64,000 bases of DNA, from IMG/VR virus record IMGVR_UViG_3300028898_000252, positions 221,946 to 285,945 of that record; one strand, written 5' to 3'. Origin of the DNA: a virus. Lineage: Duplodnaviria > Heunggongvirae > Uroviricota > Caudoviricetes. Both the position numbers and the translations under genes were made by a program. The notes beneath the pieces were generated by a model. It saw only the letters and a program-made list of their open reading frames with translations. It was not told the origin of the DNA and made no database searches. Below are positions 18,217-27,215 of the stretch, piece by piece (the first letter of the stretch is position 1; each line of letters starts with the position of its first letter).

Positions 18217-18591
18217 TTAAACTCGTTCCGATTTCATCTCTTTGATGTATTTCACAAAGAAACTGCCCGCTGATTGGCGTCGACGCCAATTTTGAGGAAT
18301 CTGTTTCGAAACATTCCGATACAGATATCGAGAACCATCTTTCATGGAAACAGTTAAGTTTCCAGTTGTTGAATCAGTTGAGTTTGCAACCCAACGAAAA
18401 CCAGTAACAAATGAAGAATCTTTAAAATTAAAGATCATTGTCGAGCTGCTCAACCGAGCAGTTCGTTTTGCCGCTGGTTTCCGCGACGTTGAATTTGTTG
18501 TACCAGTTGTTCGCGATGTTTTTGTAACCTTTCGCGAAGAAGTTGGTTTACGAGTTGATTTTTTTGTAGTTTTGGTAGTTGATTTTCTCAT
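18217..18591 (-). CDS. KTSC domain protein with K/R/T/S-rich histone-tail-like N-terminus
   Basis: About 50-aa basic low-complexity N-terminus; DSSF...LTVSMKDGSRYLYRNV.......QSAGSFF..YIK. Confidence 0.75.
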   Translation of the reverse strand: MRKSTTKTTKKSTRKPTSSRKVTKTSRTTGTTNSTSRKPAAKRTARLSSSTMIFNFKDSSFVTGFRWVANSTDSTTGNLTVSMKDGSRYLYRNVSKQIPQNWRRRQSAGSFFVKYIKEMKSERV

Positions 18592-18617
18592 GTGTTGTCT
18601 GTCTTTCTAGGTCGACC

Positions 18618-18645
18618 ATTCTAAGCACCGCGGCGCAGCGGTCAA
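18618..18645 (-). promoter_or_regulatory. sigma70-type promoter
   Basis: TTGACC-N16(GC-rich)-TAGAAT. Confidence 0.65.
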
Positions 18646-18667
18646 GAGGCAATCGTTATGCCAGTTT

Positions 18668-18901
18668 TCACTCTTCTTTATACTTAAACAAATACTGTTT
18701 GTATCTTTCTACAATTAATCCTAGTTCTGCTGATGTTAGCCCAACAGAATCCATTTTATCTTTTCCAACATAAACAAAATATATTTCTGAATATCTTTGT
18801 CTTGCATTGCCAAATTCGTCGCTTAATAAAAGCGTTCTCGCTCTTATCACAAGTTCTTGTTTTTCTCCAATTGTTTCGTCATGCAGGATTGTTTGTTTCA
18901 T
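18668..18901 (-). CDS. hypothetical protein
   Basis: 77-aa ORF overlapping the upstream gene. Confidence 0.45.
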   Translation of the reverse strand: MKQTILHDETIGEKQELVIRARTLLLSDEFGNARQRYSEIYFVYVGKDKMDSVGLTSAELGLIVERYKQYLFKYKEE

Positions 18902-19241
18902 GTTCTATTACCATTTCCTCGATTACTTCATTTTTTTGTTCTGGTTCAATTTTCGAATCTAGAATTTTTTTTATTCCTAATATTGAATATCCGTTAATGT
19001 CCAAATAAGCATCTAAACAGCCTTCTTCTGGTGGTAAAAGACTACTATTTGCAATTCTTGTTAGTTTGTCTAACACTCTTATAATAAACATTAGGTGTTG
19101 GTATTGATCATCTACAATTCCATCGGGAAACAATATTTTTAAATGATCAGCTGTTTTATTAAAACTACTGCCATATGCTCGATCTTTTTTCTCAAGTAAA
19201 TCTGCTTGCAACACAGCTATTTCATGAAAACTTTTTGTCAT
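18879..19241 (-). CDS. DUF1599 / nucleotide-modification-associated all-alpha domain protein
   Basis: KKDRAYGSSF, IRVLDKLTR, DAYLDINGY. Confidence 0.7.
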   Translation of the reverse strand: MTKSFHEIAVLQADLLEKKDRAYGSSFNKTADHLKILFPDGIVDDQYQHLMFIIRVLDKLTRIANSSLLPPEEGCLDAYLDINGYSILGIKKILDSKIEPEQKNEVIEEMVIEHETNNPA

Positions 19242-19278
19242 ACTTCATGTGTAGCGCCTCGTTTTCGCGGTAGCAATA

Positions 19279-19632
19279 CTAGGAAGTAATAACGGTAATA
19301 CTGTTATTTATAACTTTTATCCCTTTTCTTTTTAAATCTTGGAGCATTTTTTTGGTAAAAAATTTTAAGACACTTTCATTTTTTTCGTAAACTACATACG
19401 CAATATATATTTTTTTTCTTTTAAACCTTAAAAATCTTTTCTCGGTTGCAATATATATTTTTTCTTTTTTATTTTTTGCTAATCTTTTAAGTCGATTTTG
19501 CAAGATGCAAATTAATCTTCTTTTTGTTAAAAGACCATCAATCTTAACAATAGAAATTCCTTTAAGGGGAGCAAAATTAGAATTTAATTGAAGTGTTAGA
19601 AAATTATATCCGTCATTATTTTGATTCGACAT
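19279..19632 (-). CDS. hypothetical basic protein
   Basis: 117-aa ORF. Confidence 0.45.
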   Translation of the reverse strand: MSNQNNDGYNFLTLQLNSNFAPLKGISIVKIDGLLTKRRLICILQNRLKRLAKNKKEKIYIATEKRFLRFKRKKIYIAYVVYEKNESVLKFFTKKMLQDLKRKGIKVINNSITVITS

Positions 19633-19906
19633 TGGTCTCGTTTTTCATCTCAGAAGGCAAATTAATGTATACTACGATTATAGTATATTTACCCCGCATT
19701 GTTTGCGACAAACTTAAATATTCTTTGATCGATTTTTCAGCCATTTCCCACGAATCAAACAATGGATCAGTTTTTCCATCAATTGTAACCGCCTCAAAAA
19801 ACTCATTAACAATTCTAAATTTTTTTACAGGAACAAGTTTAAAATTATGTGAACTAATTTTTCTTGGTGATAAATCGTTTGACAGCGGTTTTGGTTTTTG
19901 ATCCAT
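19616..19906 (-). CDS. hypothetical protein
   Basis: 96-aa ORF. Confidence 0.5.
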   Translation of the reverse strand: MDQKPKPLSNDLSPRKISSHNFKLVPVKKFRIVNEFFEAVTIDGKTDPLFDSWEMAEKSIKEYLSLSQTMRGKYTIIVVYINLPSEMKNETNVESK

Positions 19907-19934
19907 TTGAATATAAATATTAATTTAGTTTTAT

Positions 19935-20324
19935 TTAAGTGCCAACTATAATTTTTTGAGGCTCAACAATAAAATTCCCTATATATTTTTTTAATTTTCT
20001 ATAAGTCTTAAATGTAATGATCCACTTACAATAATATTTGTCAACAAACGGTAATCCCTTCATTTCTATGAATTTATAATTTTTATTATCCATAAAACTC
20101 AATGAAACTAAAGTTCGATCAAGTTCTTTCTTGTATAAGGACTTTATTTTTCGAGGAGTTAAAAACTCATGTATTTTTAAAAAAAAGTCAAATGTATCGA
20201 ATATCATTCTAACATCAGAAAAAGCTTTTGTGTAAATATCATAGTGAGAAAAAGCAATTATTAAATGGTTAGGGTTAATACCTTTTTTAATACTAAATTT
20301 AATTTCTGTATTTTTCTTTTTCAT
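19935..20324 (-). CDS. paralogue family A member
   Basis: FLTPRKIK...EPQKIIV. Confidence 0.6.
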   Translation of the reverse strand: MKKKNTEIKFSIKKGINPNHLIIAFSHYDIYTKAFSDVRMIFDTFDFFLKIHEFLTPRKIKSLYKKELDRTLVSLSFMDNKNYKFIEMKGLPFVDKYYCKWIITFKTYRKLKKYIGNFIVEPQKIIVGT

Positions 20325-20707
20325 ATATTTACTTTTATTGTAGGTATTGGTTTTAATAGTTTTTTATTTACAAGAAAATCATAACACTCAGCAAAAATAA
20401 AAAACTTTTGTTTAATTGAGAAATGTTCATACATTATTGTTGGAAAATAAAAATCTATAATTTCTTTCTCGTCTCTGTATTTTCCCATATCATTTATTTG
20501 ATAAATGTCACTAAAAAATCTTTTAACTTTTCTTTTTGAAATAATTTTTACAGGAACTAATTCTTTAATTTCTTCTTCTGTTAGTGAGACAATGTTAAAA
20601 AAACATTCATTTTCTTCTTCATCTTTGATAATTTCAAAAAACATTGTATAGGTTGTTACCCTGCCCACTTTTGTTATACAGCTTTTTATCTGTTGTCTTG
20701 TGAGCAT
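20321..20707 (-). CDS. paralogue family A member (divergent)
   Basis: IISKRKVK..F...IPTIKV. Confidence 0.5.
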   Translation of the reverse strand: MLTRQQIKSCITKVGRVTTYTMFFEIIKDEEENECFFNIVSLTEEEIKELVPVKIISKRKVKRFFSDIYQINDMGKYRDEKEIIDFYFPTIMYEHFSIKQKFFIFAECYDFLVNKKLLKPIPTIKVNI

Positions 20708-20745
20708 AATTTTTAATACCTCTCATACAATAACTAATCCTTATT

Positions 20746-21060
20746 TCAATTCTTTGGGACCATTATAGACAAAATATGTTTACAAAATTCTTCGTAATTT
20801 ATAATTTTTTCTTTTCTGTTTAAACTTTCAAAATGGACAATATTGATTAACGCATCAAGTTCAAAATAAATATTATGTGATACTAAAGCAACTATTAAAA
20901 CTAATAATATTCTATTGACTAATTCCATTTCTGGAACTTTGTACTTACTTTCTTCAAAGAATTTATTTAAATCATGAATTTTAGCTATCGCTATTTCTTC
21001 TTGAAAATTTGTAAGATCATCAAGCAAACCAGACTCTAAAATTGCTTCTAAAGAATCCAT
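20746..21060 (-). CDS. hypothetical protein
   Basis: 104-aa ORF. Confidence 0.5.
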   Translation of the reverse strand: MDSLEAILESGLLDDLTNFQEEIAIAKIHDLNKFFEESKYKVPEMELVNRILLVLIVALVSHNIYFELDALINIVHFESLNRKEKIINYEEFCKHILSIMVPKN

Positions 21061-21905
21061 TCGTGGGCCTCGGATAATGTGTTTAAATGAACCTCTAATA
21101 CTTTATCAAAGTTTTTATGATAGCCGCCTGCGAGATTCCAAGCAACAGGAATTTTGTTTTCTTTAGCAAATTCAAAAACTATCTTGTCTCTTTGATGCAG
21201 TTCTTTTGTTGTAAAATATCCTCCGTATGGATCTTCAATGTGAGGATCTGCGCCAGCTTGATACAAAATTAAATCACAATATTTTGTGAATCTATTCATT
21301 TCATTTTTTAATGTCACTTCGAAATCATAAAATAATGTTTTTTTATCAAAACTATCAACAACTCCACCAAAAGTATAGTGGTGGATAAAATCTTTTAAAT
21401 TTAATCTTTTGATTATATCATCCGTTCCATTTCCATAATGGGCATCAATATCAATAATTGAAATTAGAATATCTGGGTATTGCTGCTTTAGCTTAATCGC
21501 AGCTAGTATAAGCCCATTAAAAGTACAAAACCCCATACATTCATTATATGTTGCGTGGTGAAATCCCGATGTTGGAGAACAAGAAAAAGTTTTGTTTTCG
21601 AATGCAGATTTTGCCGCAGCATAAAATGAAGCATTTGTCCAATGCAGAGATTCTGCTACTTCTTGAAGTTTGTTTTCAAACCCATTTTGTTTTTCGCAAT
21701 TTAACACCGCATCAACATGTTGTTGATCATGGCCTAAATAAAAATCATTTCTTGAATATGGTTCAAAATTATCAATCATTTCGACATAATCAAAACTTTT
21801 TATTTCTTCAACAAATCGTTTTGGTTTTCCTGCCGACGGAGAAAAACTAATGTTGTTTGCGACATTCTGTTTATCGTTATAGAACACTTTTATTTTTTTA
21901 TTCAT
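21048..21905 (-). CDS. Zn-dependent histone deacetylase-family (HDAC/AcuC-like) amidohydrolase
   Basis: GFHHA, GFCTFN, DIDAHYGNGT, QAGADPHIED, GGY. Confidence 0.92.
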   Translation of the reverse strand: MNKKIKVFYNDKQNVANNISFSPSAGKPKRFVEEIKSFDYVEMIDNFEPYSRNDFYLGHDQQHVDAVLNCEKQNGFENKLQEVAESLHWTNASFYAAAKSAFENKTFSCSPTSGFHHATYNECMGFCTFNGLILAAIKLKQQYPDILISIIDIDAHYGNGTDDIIKRLNLKDFIHHYTFGGVVDSFDKKTLFYDFEVTLKNEMNRFTKYCDLILYQAGADPHIEDPYGGYFTTKELHQRDKIVFEFAKENKIPVAWNLAGGYHKNFDKVLEVHLNTLSEAHEWIL

Positions 21906-21915
21906 TGTTATCTTT

Positions 21916-22263
21916 CTACAGTAGGATTATATTGTCTTTTATCATTTCAATTATTTCTTTCAATAATTGTTGATTGGAATATTCATCGATTACTAGAGAC
22001 GAAGATAATTTTAAGAGTTCGTTAATTTCAGGAATATTACCAACTATTTTTATGGTAGTTGTAATAACATCTCTTGCGGATTTAAAATCTATTTTTTGAC
22101 GTGTTGTCCAAGCAGAATATTTATAATTGTGAATTTTTAAACAATTCTTCGAACAACATAAAACATTTGCCGATCGATCGGCAAATTTAATATCTTGAGA
22201 AGGTAAAAACAACATTCCACAGTTTGAGCAAAAAATTTGGTAGAATATCATTTTTGGTCCCAA
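21916..22263 (-). CDS. hypothetical Cys-rich (Zn-ribbon) protein
   Basis: CSNCG...CCSKNC; directly downstream of dnaE-1. Confidence 0.5.
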   Translation of the reverse strand: MGPKMIFYQIFCSNCGMLFLPSQDIKFADRSANVLCCSKNCLKIHNYKYSAWTTRQKIDFKSARDVITTTIKIVGNIPEINELLKLSSSLVIDEYSNQQLLKEIIEMIKDNIILL

Positions 22264-22285
22264 ATATAGATATTACTTTAAAAAA

Positions 22286-22576
22286 TTAAAAACATACTTT
22301 TTCGAATTCATCATCATCTTTTAAGTCAGATGCCGCGACCCAACCACGATTTTTCGTAAGAAATTTATGATCTTTTGTGCAAGAAATTATCGTACCATCA
22401 TCAAATTCGAGTTCTACTATCTCTTCGTCTTGAAGATCGTGATCCCAACATTTTAAAACTTTTTGAATTGAGCCATCGTGGGTATAAACCCATTCTTCTT
22501 TTGAAGAAGAAAACTCTTCAATATTCAATTTTCTTTTTGAAGAAGGAATATGTATTTTTGTTCCTGGTAAGAAACA
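22286..22576 (-). mobile_element. split intein N-fragment IntN1 (96 aa, acidic)
   Basis: CFLPGTKI, block B CTKDHKFLT, RGWVAASDL, then stop. Confidence 0.92.
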
Positions 22577-24136
22577 ACCTCTGCCAGCTCCTAATAACAT
22601 TTTTTTACCAATCAAATTAAGACTTTGGGCACAAGTCAAAAAATACTTTTCAAGTTTTAAATGTTTGATAACGTCAAGTTCTTCAAGAGCGCGGTCAACA
22701 TATTTTGTATCTTCAATTTTCTTTTTTGATTCTAGACCAGACATAACCAAATCGACGAGCTCGTTAAAACTTATTTCATCTTCATTCAAACCATCGGATT
22801 TAAAATCTTTAATTTTATTTTCTGATATTAACTTATTCAGACTTGGAAGTTTTGGAGTTTTATCGAATTCTATTTTCTTGTCAATTGCTTCAAAAGCAAT
22901 TTCATGCGTTCGTTCAATTGCGTCGCAAACTATTTCATGATATTCTTCGGTATAAATTTCAGGATAATCTTTAACACAATAGTTTTTATAAGCGTTCCAC
23001 ATTTGAGTGGCATTCTTTGGATATAACTCATGTTCCAACTCTTCAATTTTTTGTGGAATTGTATTTGGATCAATTTCTTTAAGTTTATCGACAGTCATTC
23101 TTGCGAGAGTTTTATAAATAATTCTTTCTTTCCAGTGTTCGGGATTTGGATAGTGGCAATCTGCGGTCGCAATAACTTTTATTCCAGTTCTTTTTGATAA
23201 TTCAATTAAATGATAATTCAGCAAATGTTGATATGGAACTTTGTTAAACTGTATTTCAAGAAAAAAATTATCTTTATTGCCTCCTAAAACGTATATAAAT
23301 TGCTCGGCAAGTAGTTTTAGTTCAGATTGAATCTGATCGAATTTGTAAGTTTTTAGTTTATCGACATCACTCTTGTAATCTTCTTCATTTAGGTTAAGAT
23401 CTAAAAAATGTTTTATGAGTATTTTATTTGGTTCGCCACCTAAACAAGCGCTGCTTGCTATTATATTACCATTAGCATTTTGCTTTATTAAGTCGAAATC
23501 CATACGTGGAAAAAAATAAAATCCTTCTTTATAAGAAAGAGAAGTTAGTTTAAACAAACTATGTAAACCTGCTGTGTTTTTTGCAAGCAATACTAAATGA
23601 CTTCTTGAACGAAGAGGATCTCTAACTTTGTTGGATTTAGTTTCTTCTTCATTTTCAACAACAGTTGTTTCAACATTTCCTTCAGCGTCTTTCAAAAGCG
23701 CAACTTCTTTATTTAAAAGTTCGTAGTTTTCAACTTCTGCTATAAATTCTGCTTTTCGCTTTTCTTCAATTTCATCAAAAATAATAAACTCATCTGTTGA
23801 TTTTTTTGGTTTTGCTTTATTTGTTTTTTTATTTTGCTTTTCTATTTCTTTTCTTTTTGAAGTTTCTTCTTTTAAAGAAGACCACTCCGATATGGATGGA
23901 ATAAAATAAGACTCAATTCCATAAAGAATTTTGAATTCTTTACCTTCTTTTTTAAGACCCTCGTAGTATTTGTAAGAGTGAGAAAAAGTGTTCATGTTTC
24001 CATGATCTGTAATTGCGTGAGCTCCAAGTTCATTTTTTTGGGCAAAATCAAAATGATCCTGGGGAAGTCCGATGGCATCGCCAATACTTCCGTTTGAATG
24101 TGCATGTAGATTCACATACTTTTTAGGCTCTCTCAT
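22286..24136 (-). CDS. dnaE: DNA polymerase III alpha, fragment 1 (PHP domain + IntN1)
   Basis: NLHAHS..S.GDA, ITDHG, GIE, HLVLLAKN, SACLGGE, TADCHY, EL.VI....YFL, GAGRG|CFLPGT. Confidence 0.95.
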   Translation of the reverse strand: MREPKKYVNLHAHSNGSIGDAIGLPQDHFDFAQKNELGAHAITDHGNMNTFSHSYKYYEGLKKEGKEFKILYGIESYFIPSISEWSSLKEETSKRKEIEKQNKKTNKAKPKKSTDEFIIFDEIEEKRKAEFIAEVENYELLNKEVALLKDAEGNVETTVVENEEETKSNKVRDPLRSRSHLVLLAKNTAGLHSLFKLTSLSYKEGFYFFPRMDFDLIKQNANGNIIASSACLGGEPNKILIKHFLDLNLNEEDYKSDVDKLKTYKFDQIQSELKLLAEQFIYVLGGNKDNFFLEIQFNKVPYQHLLNYHLIELSKRTGIKVIATADCHYPNPEHWKERIIYKTLARMTVDKLKEIDPNTIPQKIEELEHELYPKNATQMWNAYKNYCVKDYPEIYTEEYHEIVCDAIERTHEIAFEAIDKKIEFDKTPKLPSLNKLISENKIKDFKSDGLNEDEISFNELVDLVMSGLESKKKIEDTKYVDRALEELDVIKHLKLEKYFLTCAQSLNLIGKKMLLGAGRGCFLPGTKIHIPSSKRKLNIEEFSSSKEEWVYTHDGSIQKVLKCWDHDLQDEEIVELEFDDGTIISCTKDHKFLTKNRGWVAASDLKDDDEFEKVCF

Positions 24137-24146
24137 TTTTACCTTT

Positions 24147-24413
24147 TTATATGATTTGAATTTGATCTGGATCAGCTATGTCAACATCAATTGCGTTTTC
24201 CCCATAAATTACTTTTACATCTATAAACCAAAACGTATTAAGTGGTTCCGCGCTCTGTTTTACAAGTTGTATATTTTTTAACTCATCTTCTAATCGATAT
24301 TTCGTGGCTTGAGTCAATTGCTCAAATCTGAATTTATTCATTAGTTCCATTGCGTAAAAATCTAATACTCTGTTTAGAAAAGCTTTGTCTATTTGTATTT
24401 TTTTATTTTGCAT
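24147..24413 (-). CDS. hypothetical protein
   Basis: 88-aa ORF. Confidence 0.5.
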   Translation of the reverse strand: MQNKKIQIDKAFLNRVLDFYAMELMNKFRFEQLTQATKYRLEDELKNIQLVKQSAEPLNTFWFIDVKVIYGENAIDVDIADPDQIQII

Positions 24414-24452
24414 TCTATTTCTTTCGCATTGAAAGACCTATCAAATAGGTTT

Positions 24453-25199
24453 TCATTTTTCATATTTTTTAAACTTTAAAGGTTCGTCATGGACTAATTT
24501 ACACAAAGTTTTGTCTTCGAAAATATCAGTTAATTTAGATTGATTTCCATTTAAAATACATCCATCTTTAACCATTCTTAATCCATGAGAATAATCAACA
24601 TATGTAACGATGTGATCTATTCCATTTAGTTTTTGGATTATTGTTCCATCAGAATTAAACCACCCATAAATAGCAACATTGGTTTTATACTTTGGATTTG
24701 ATAATACATTGGTAAGAACAATATCTTTTTTATGCCCTGCAACTAAATCTCCAGAATTCCAACCTGCTTGAATCATTTGTTCTTGAACTTTTTTTGAATG
24801 ATCCAAATAACACTTGGTCGAATCTCTGTTAAATTTCTTTGTTTCATTTTTGTAAAGTTCGCTCCAAGAAATTGCTCTAGGCTTAATTTTTGCAGCAGAA
24901 TATATTTGTTGCACCATTTTAGGTGTCGGTAACACAAGATCATACTTAGCCATTAGTTCAGCGCATGTCAAGGGGCTCATAGGACAATGAAACCACTCTG
25001 TATTATTGCCAAGGCAAAGATAATCATTATAAACAAAATACTCTAAAACATTTACCCCGTCAGAAACAACAACTTTAGACATTACTTCACTAATCCAGAT
25101 AGGAAAAATTTCCTGATCTAGAAATAGCTTTATCTGCTGTTCTCTTTTAGATTGAGACCCAGCAGACGATAATTTATCAATGATTTCTTGAAGATTCAT
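24453..25199 (-). CDS. conserved hypothetical protein
   Basis: LPTPKMV, AGHKKDIV, VAIYGW, H..YVDYSHG.R look like a conserved bacterial family of unknown function. Confidence 0.6.
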   Translation of the reverse strand: MNLQEIIDKLSSAGSQSKREQQIKLFLDQEIFPIWISEVMSKVVVSDGVNVLEYFVYNDYLCLGNNTEWFHCPMSPLTCAELMAKYDLVLPTPKMVQQIYSAAKIKPRAISWSELYKNETKKFNRDSTKCYLDHSKKVQEQMIQAGWNSGDLVAGHKKDIVLTNVLSNPKYKTNVAIYGWFNSDGTIIQKLNGIDHIVTYVDYSHGLRMVKDGCILNGNQSKLTDIFEDKTLCKLVHDEPLKFKKYEK

Positions 25200-25220
25200 A
25201 TTAATAATAGTTATTAACTA

Positions 25221-27215
25221 TTATTTATTTCCAATATCAACAATCTCACATGCTCCAGAAGTACAAGCGAGTTCTTGCGCTCCCGTTGTTCCATCTTCTG
25301 TTTCAAACAAACTGAAATCTTTCCAAGAAATTTCTTTTGGAAAATTTTTCACCATTTCTTCGTACTGTTCCTTGGATATTTCTTGATATGGAGCCTGCCG
25401 ATAAGTGTGTTCTGATTTTGGTAAAAATGACACGCCTCCAATGTTATCAAAATTTTTATATACCCAAGCTCCAACATCCATCCATTCATCTTCTCCTACT
25501 TGGATTGTAACTGAAGGATTATGTTCTGACCAATGTTCTCTATATGTTTTCCATAGTTCTAGATGTTGAATTGCAGTTATTTCTTTTGACGTAACTACAT
25601 TTTCTGGTGCTTTAACTGGAAAAGAAAAGACTGTTGTGTTTTCGGGTTTCATTACGTCAGGTTCGTTTGGAATTCCAGAGGCTTTTAAGAAAGCTGTAAG
25701 TGGGTCTTTATTATCTGCTCTAACTGTTCTGATATAATATTTCGAATACCAAGGGTGGATTCCGCTCGAAACTCCAACCAATTGAGAAACTGTACCAGAA
25801 GGTTTTACACAGGTTATTGCTGCGCTTGGTTCAATGCCAATTTTTTCTGCTTCTTGTGTATTAACCTCAACAGCGTATTCTCTCATCCTTGTTAATCTGC
25901 TGACCAATTCTGATGAATTAGTTGACATAAATTGATTACCATAAATTCCAGTTAAAGAAACACCTAAAAGTCTTTCTTCTTCACAATTATTTTTCCACGA
26001 TTTTCTGATATATTTGAAATTTGTTAATGAAGATTGCCATGTTCCAAGTAATGTAGCAAGACGAATTTTATTCATTAACGTCTCTTCTGTATCGTATTCC
26101 TTAATAACAACTTCTGTTAAGTTACAAAATTGTAAACTTCTTAAAATAATTTCTGCGCAAGGATTTGTTCCGAAAGATTTAGTCGAATCTCTTCTGCCGA
26201 ATTTTTCTAAATGTTTTTTAACAGAATCTGCATTGTAAATGCCACGTTCGCCAGATTTTGATTCGTATAAATTTCTCCACTCTCTTAAAAACTGTGCAGT
26301 GTTTGGTTTTGAATAGTAAACAGCTGAATTGTTTGCAAGAGAACGTTGAGATTGTGATTCCCACCACTGTCCACTTTTTGCTTTTGCCATTTCAAAATCA
26401 TCAAGATTCGAAAGCGAAATCAAAGCAGAACGTCGAACACCGCCAACAACAACAACTTCACCAATTTTACACATTAGGTCGTGAGCTTCAATTGATTTGA
26501 GTCGTCTTCCTTTTGCTCCTTTAAATATTTGAACTGTAAATCTAAAAAGTTCTTTTAATGGTTCTGGTCCCGATGCTCTACCTCCAAATGTTTTTAACCT
26601 AGCCCCAGCAGGTCTAACTTTATGCATATCCCATTTTGGAATTTGACCATTAACAAGAAGAGAAATTAATTCTTTATATGCTTTTGCCCAACCAATTTTG
26701 CTATCTTCAACGACTATTGTTGTTTCGGTTTGTTCAAATTCATCTGCGATAACTGGTAAATTTTTTATATACTCTTGTTCAACAGAAAATCCAACACCAG
26801 TTCCATTCATTAAAATATACATTGCTTCATCAAAAGCTCTTAAAGAGTCAATCGCAATAAAACTACAGTTGTAAAGGGCAACATGTTCGATTTCAGCGGC
26901 GTTACCAGCTGTCATTAAAGCTCTCATCGAGGGCATTATATCATGTTCGAGAATTGCGGTTTTTATTTCATTAAATATTCCATCAGTTGAACTGTAGCGA
27001 TGGTTTGTGACCAAATGTTTTTTCATAAATGAAATATATCTTTCAACAGTTTCAACCCAATTTTCTCTGCGTTGTTGATCTTCCAACCATCTTGCATATC
27101 TGCTTATATGAATAAAATTTTTATATGGATCGGAAATAAATCCATCTTGATTAATAATTGTACTATTCATTTGTTGTGTTTTCATTTCTTTATTTGTGTT
27201 ATTCATTAAAAACAT
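25221..27215 (-). CDS. nrdJ: class II (adenosylcobalamin-dependent) ribonucleotide reductase
   Basis: MPSMR, YNC, GTNPCAEI (thiyl radical Cys), TCVKPSGT, C-terminal CTSGAC; no intein. Confidence 0.93.
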   Translation of the reverse strand: MFLMNNTNKEMKTQQMNSTIINQDGFISDPYKNFIHISRYARWLEDQQRRENWVETVERYISFMKKHLVTNHRYSSTDGIFNEIKTAILEHDIMPSMRALMTAGNAAEIEHVALYNCSFIAIDSLRAFDEAMYILMNGTGVGFSVEQEYIKNLPVIADEFEQTETTIVVEDSKIGWAKAYKELISLLVNGQIPKWDMHKVRPAGARLKTFGGRASGPEPLKELFRFTVQIFKGAKGRRLKSIEAHDLMCKIGEVVVVGGVRRSALISLSNLDDFEMAKAKSGQWWESQSQRSLANNSAVYYSKPNTAQFLREWRNLYESKSGERGIYNADSVKKHLEKFGRRDSTKSFGTNPCAEIILRSLQFCNLTEVVIKEYDTEETLMNKIRLATLLGTWQSSLTNFKYIRKSWKNNCEEERLLGVSLTGIYGNQFMSTNSSELVSRLTRMREYAVEVNTQEAEKIGIEPSAAITCVKPSGTVSQLVGVSSGIHPWYSKYYIRTVRADNKDPLTAFLKASGIPNEPDVMKPENTTVFSFPVKAPENVVTSKEITAIQHLELWKTYREHWSEHNPSVTIQVGEDEWMDVGAWVYKNFDNIGGVSFLPKSEHTYRQAPYQEISKEQYEEMVKNFPKEISWKDFSLFETEDGTTGAQELACTSGACEIVDIGNK

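Noticed and set aside
2363-24136. dnaE pieces as pseudogene debris
   Set aside because: Each fragment is an intact ORF, catalytic motifs are preserved, and every break has complementary intein halves with proper nucleophiles
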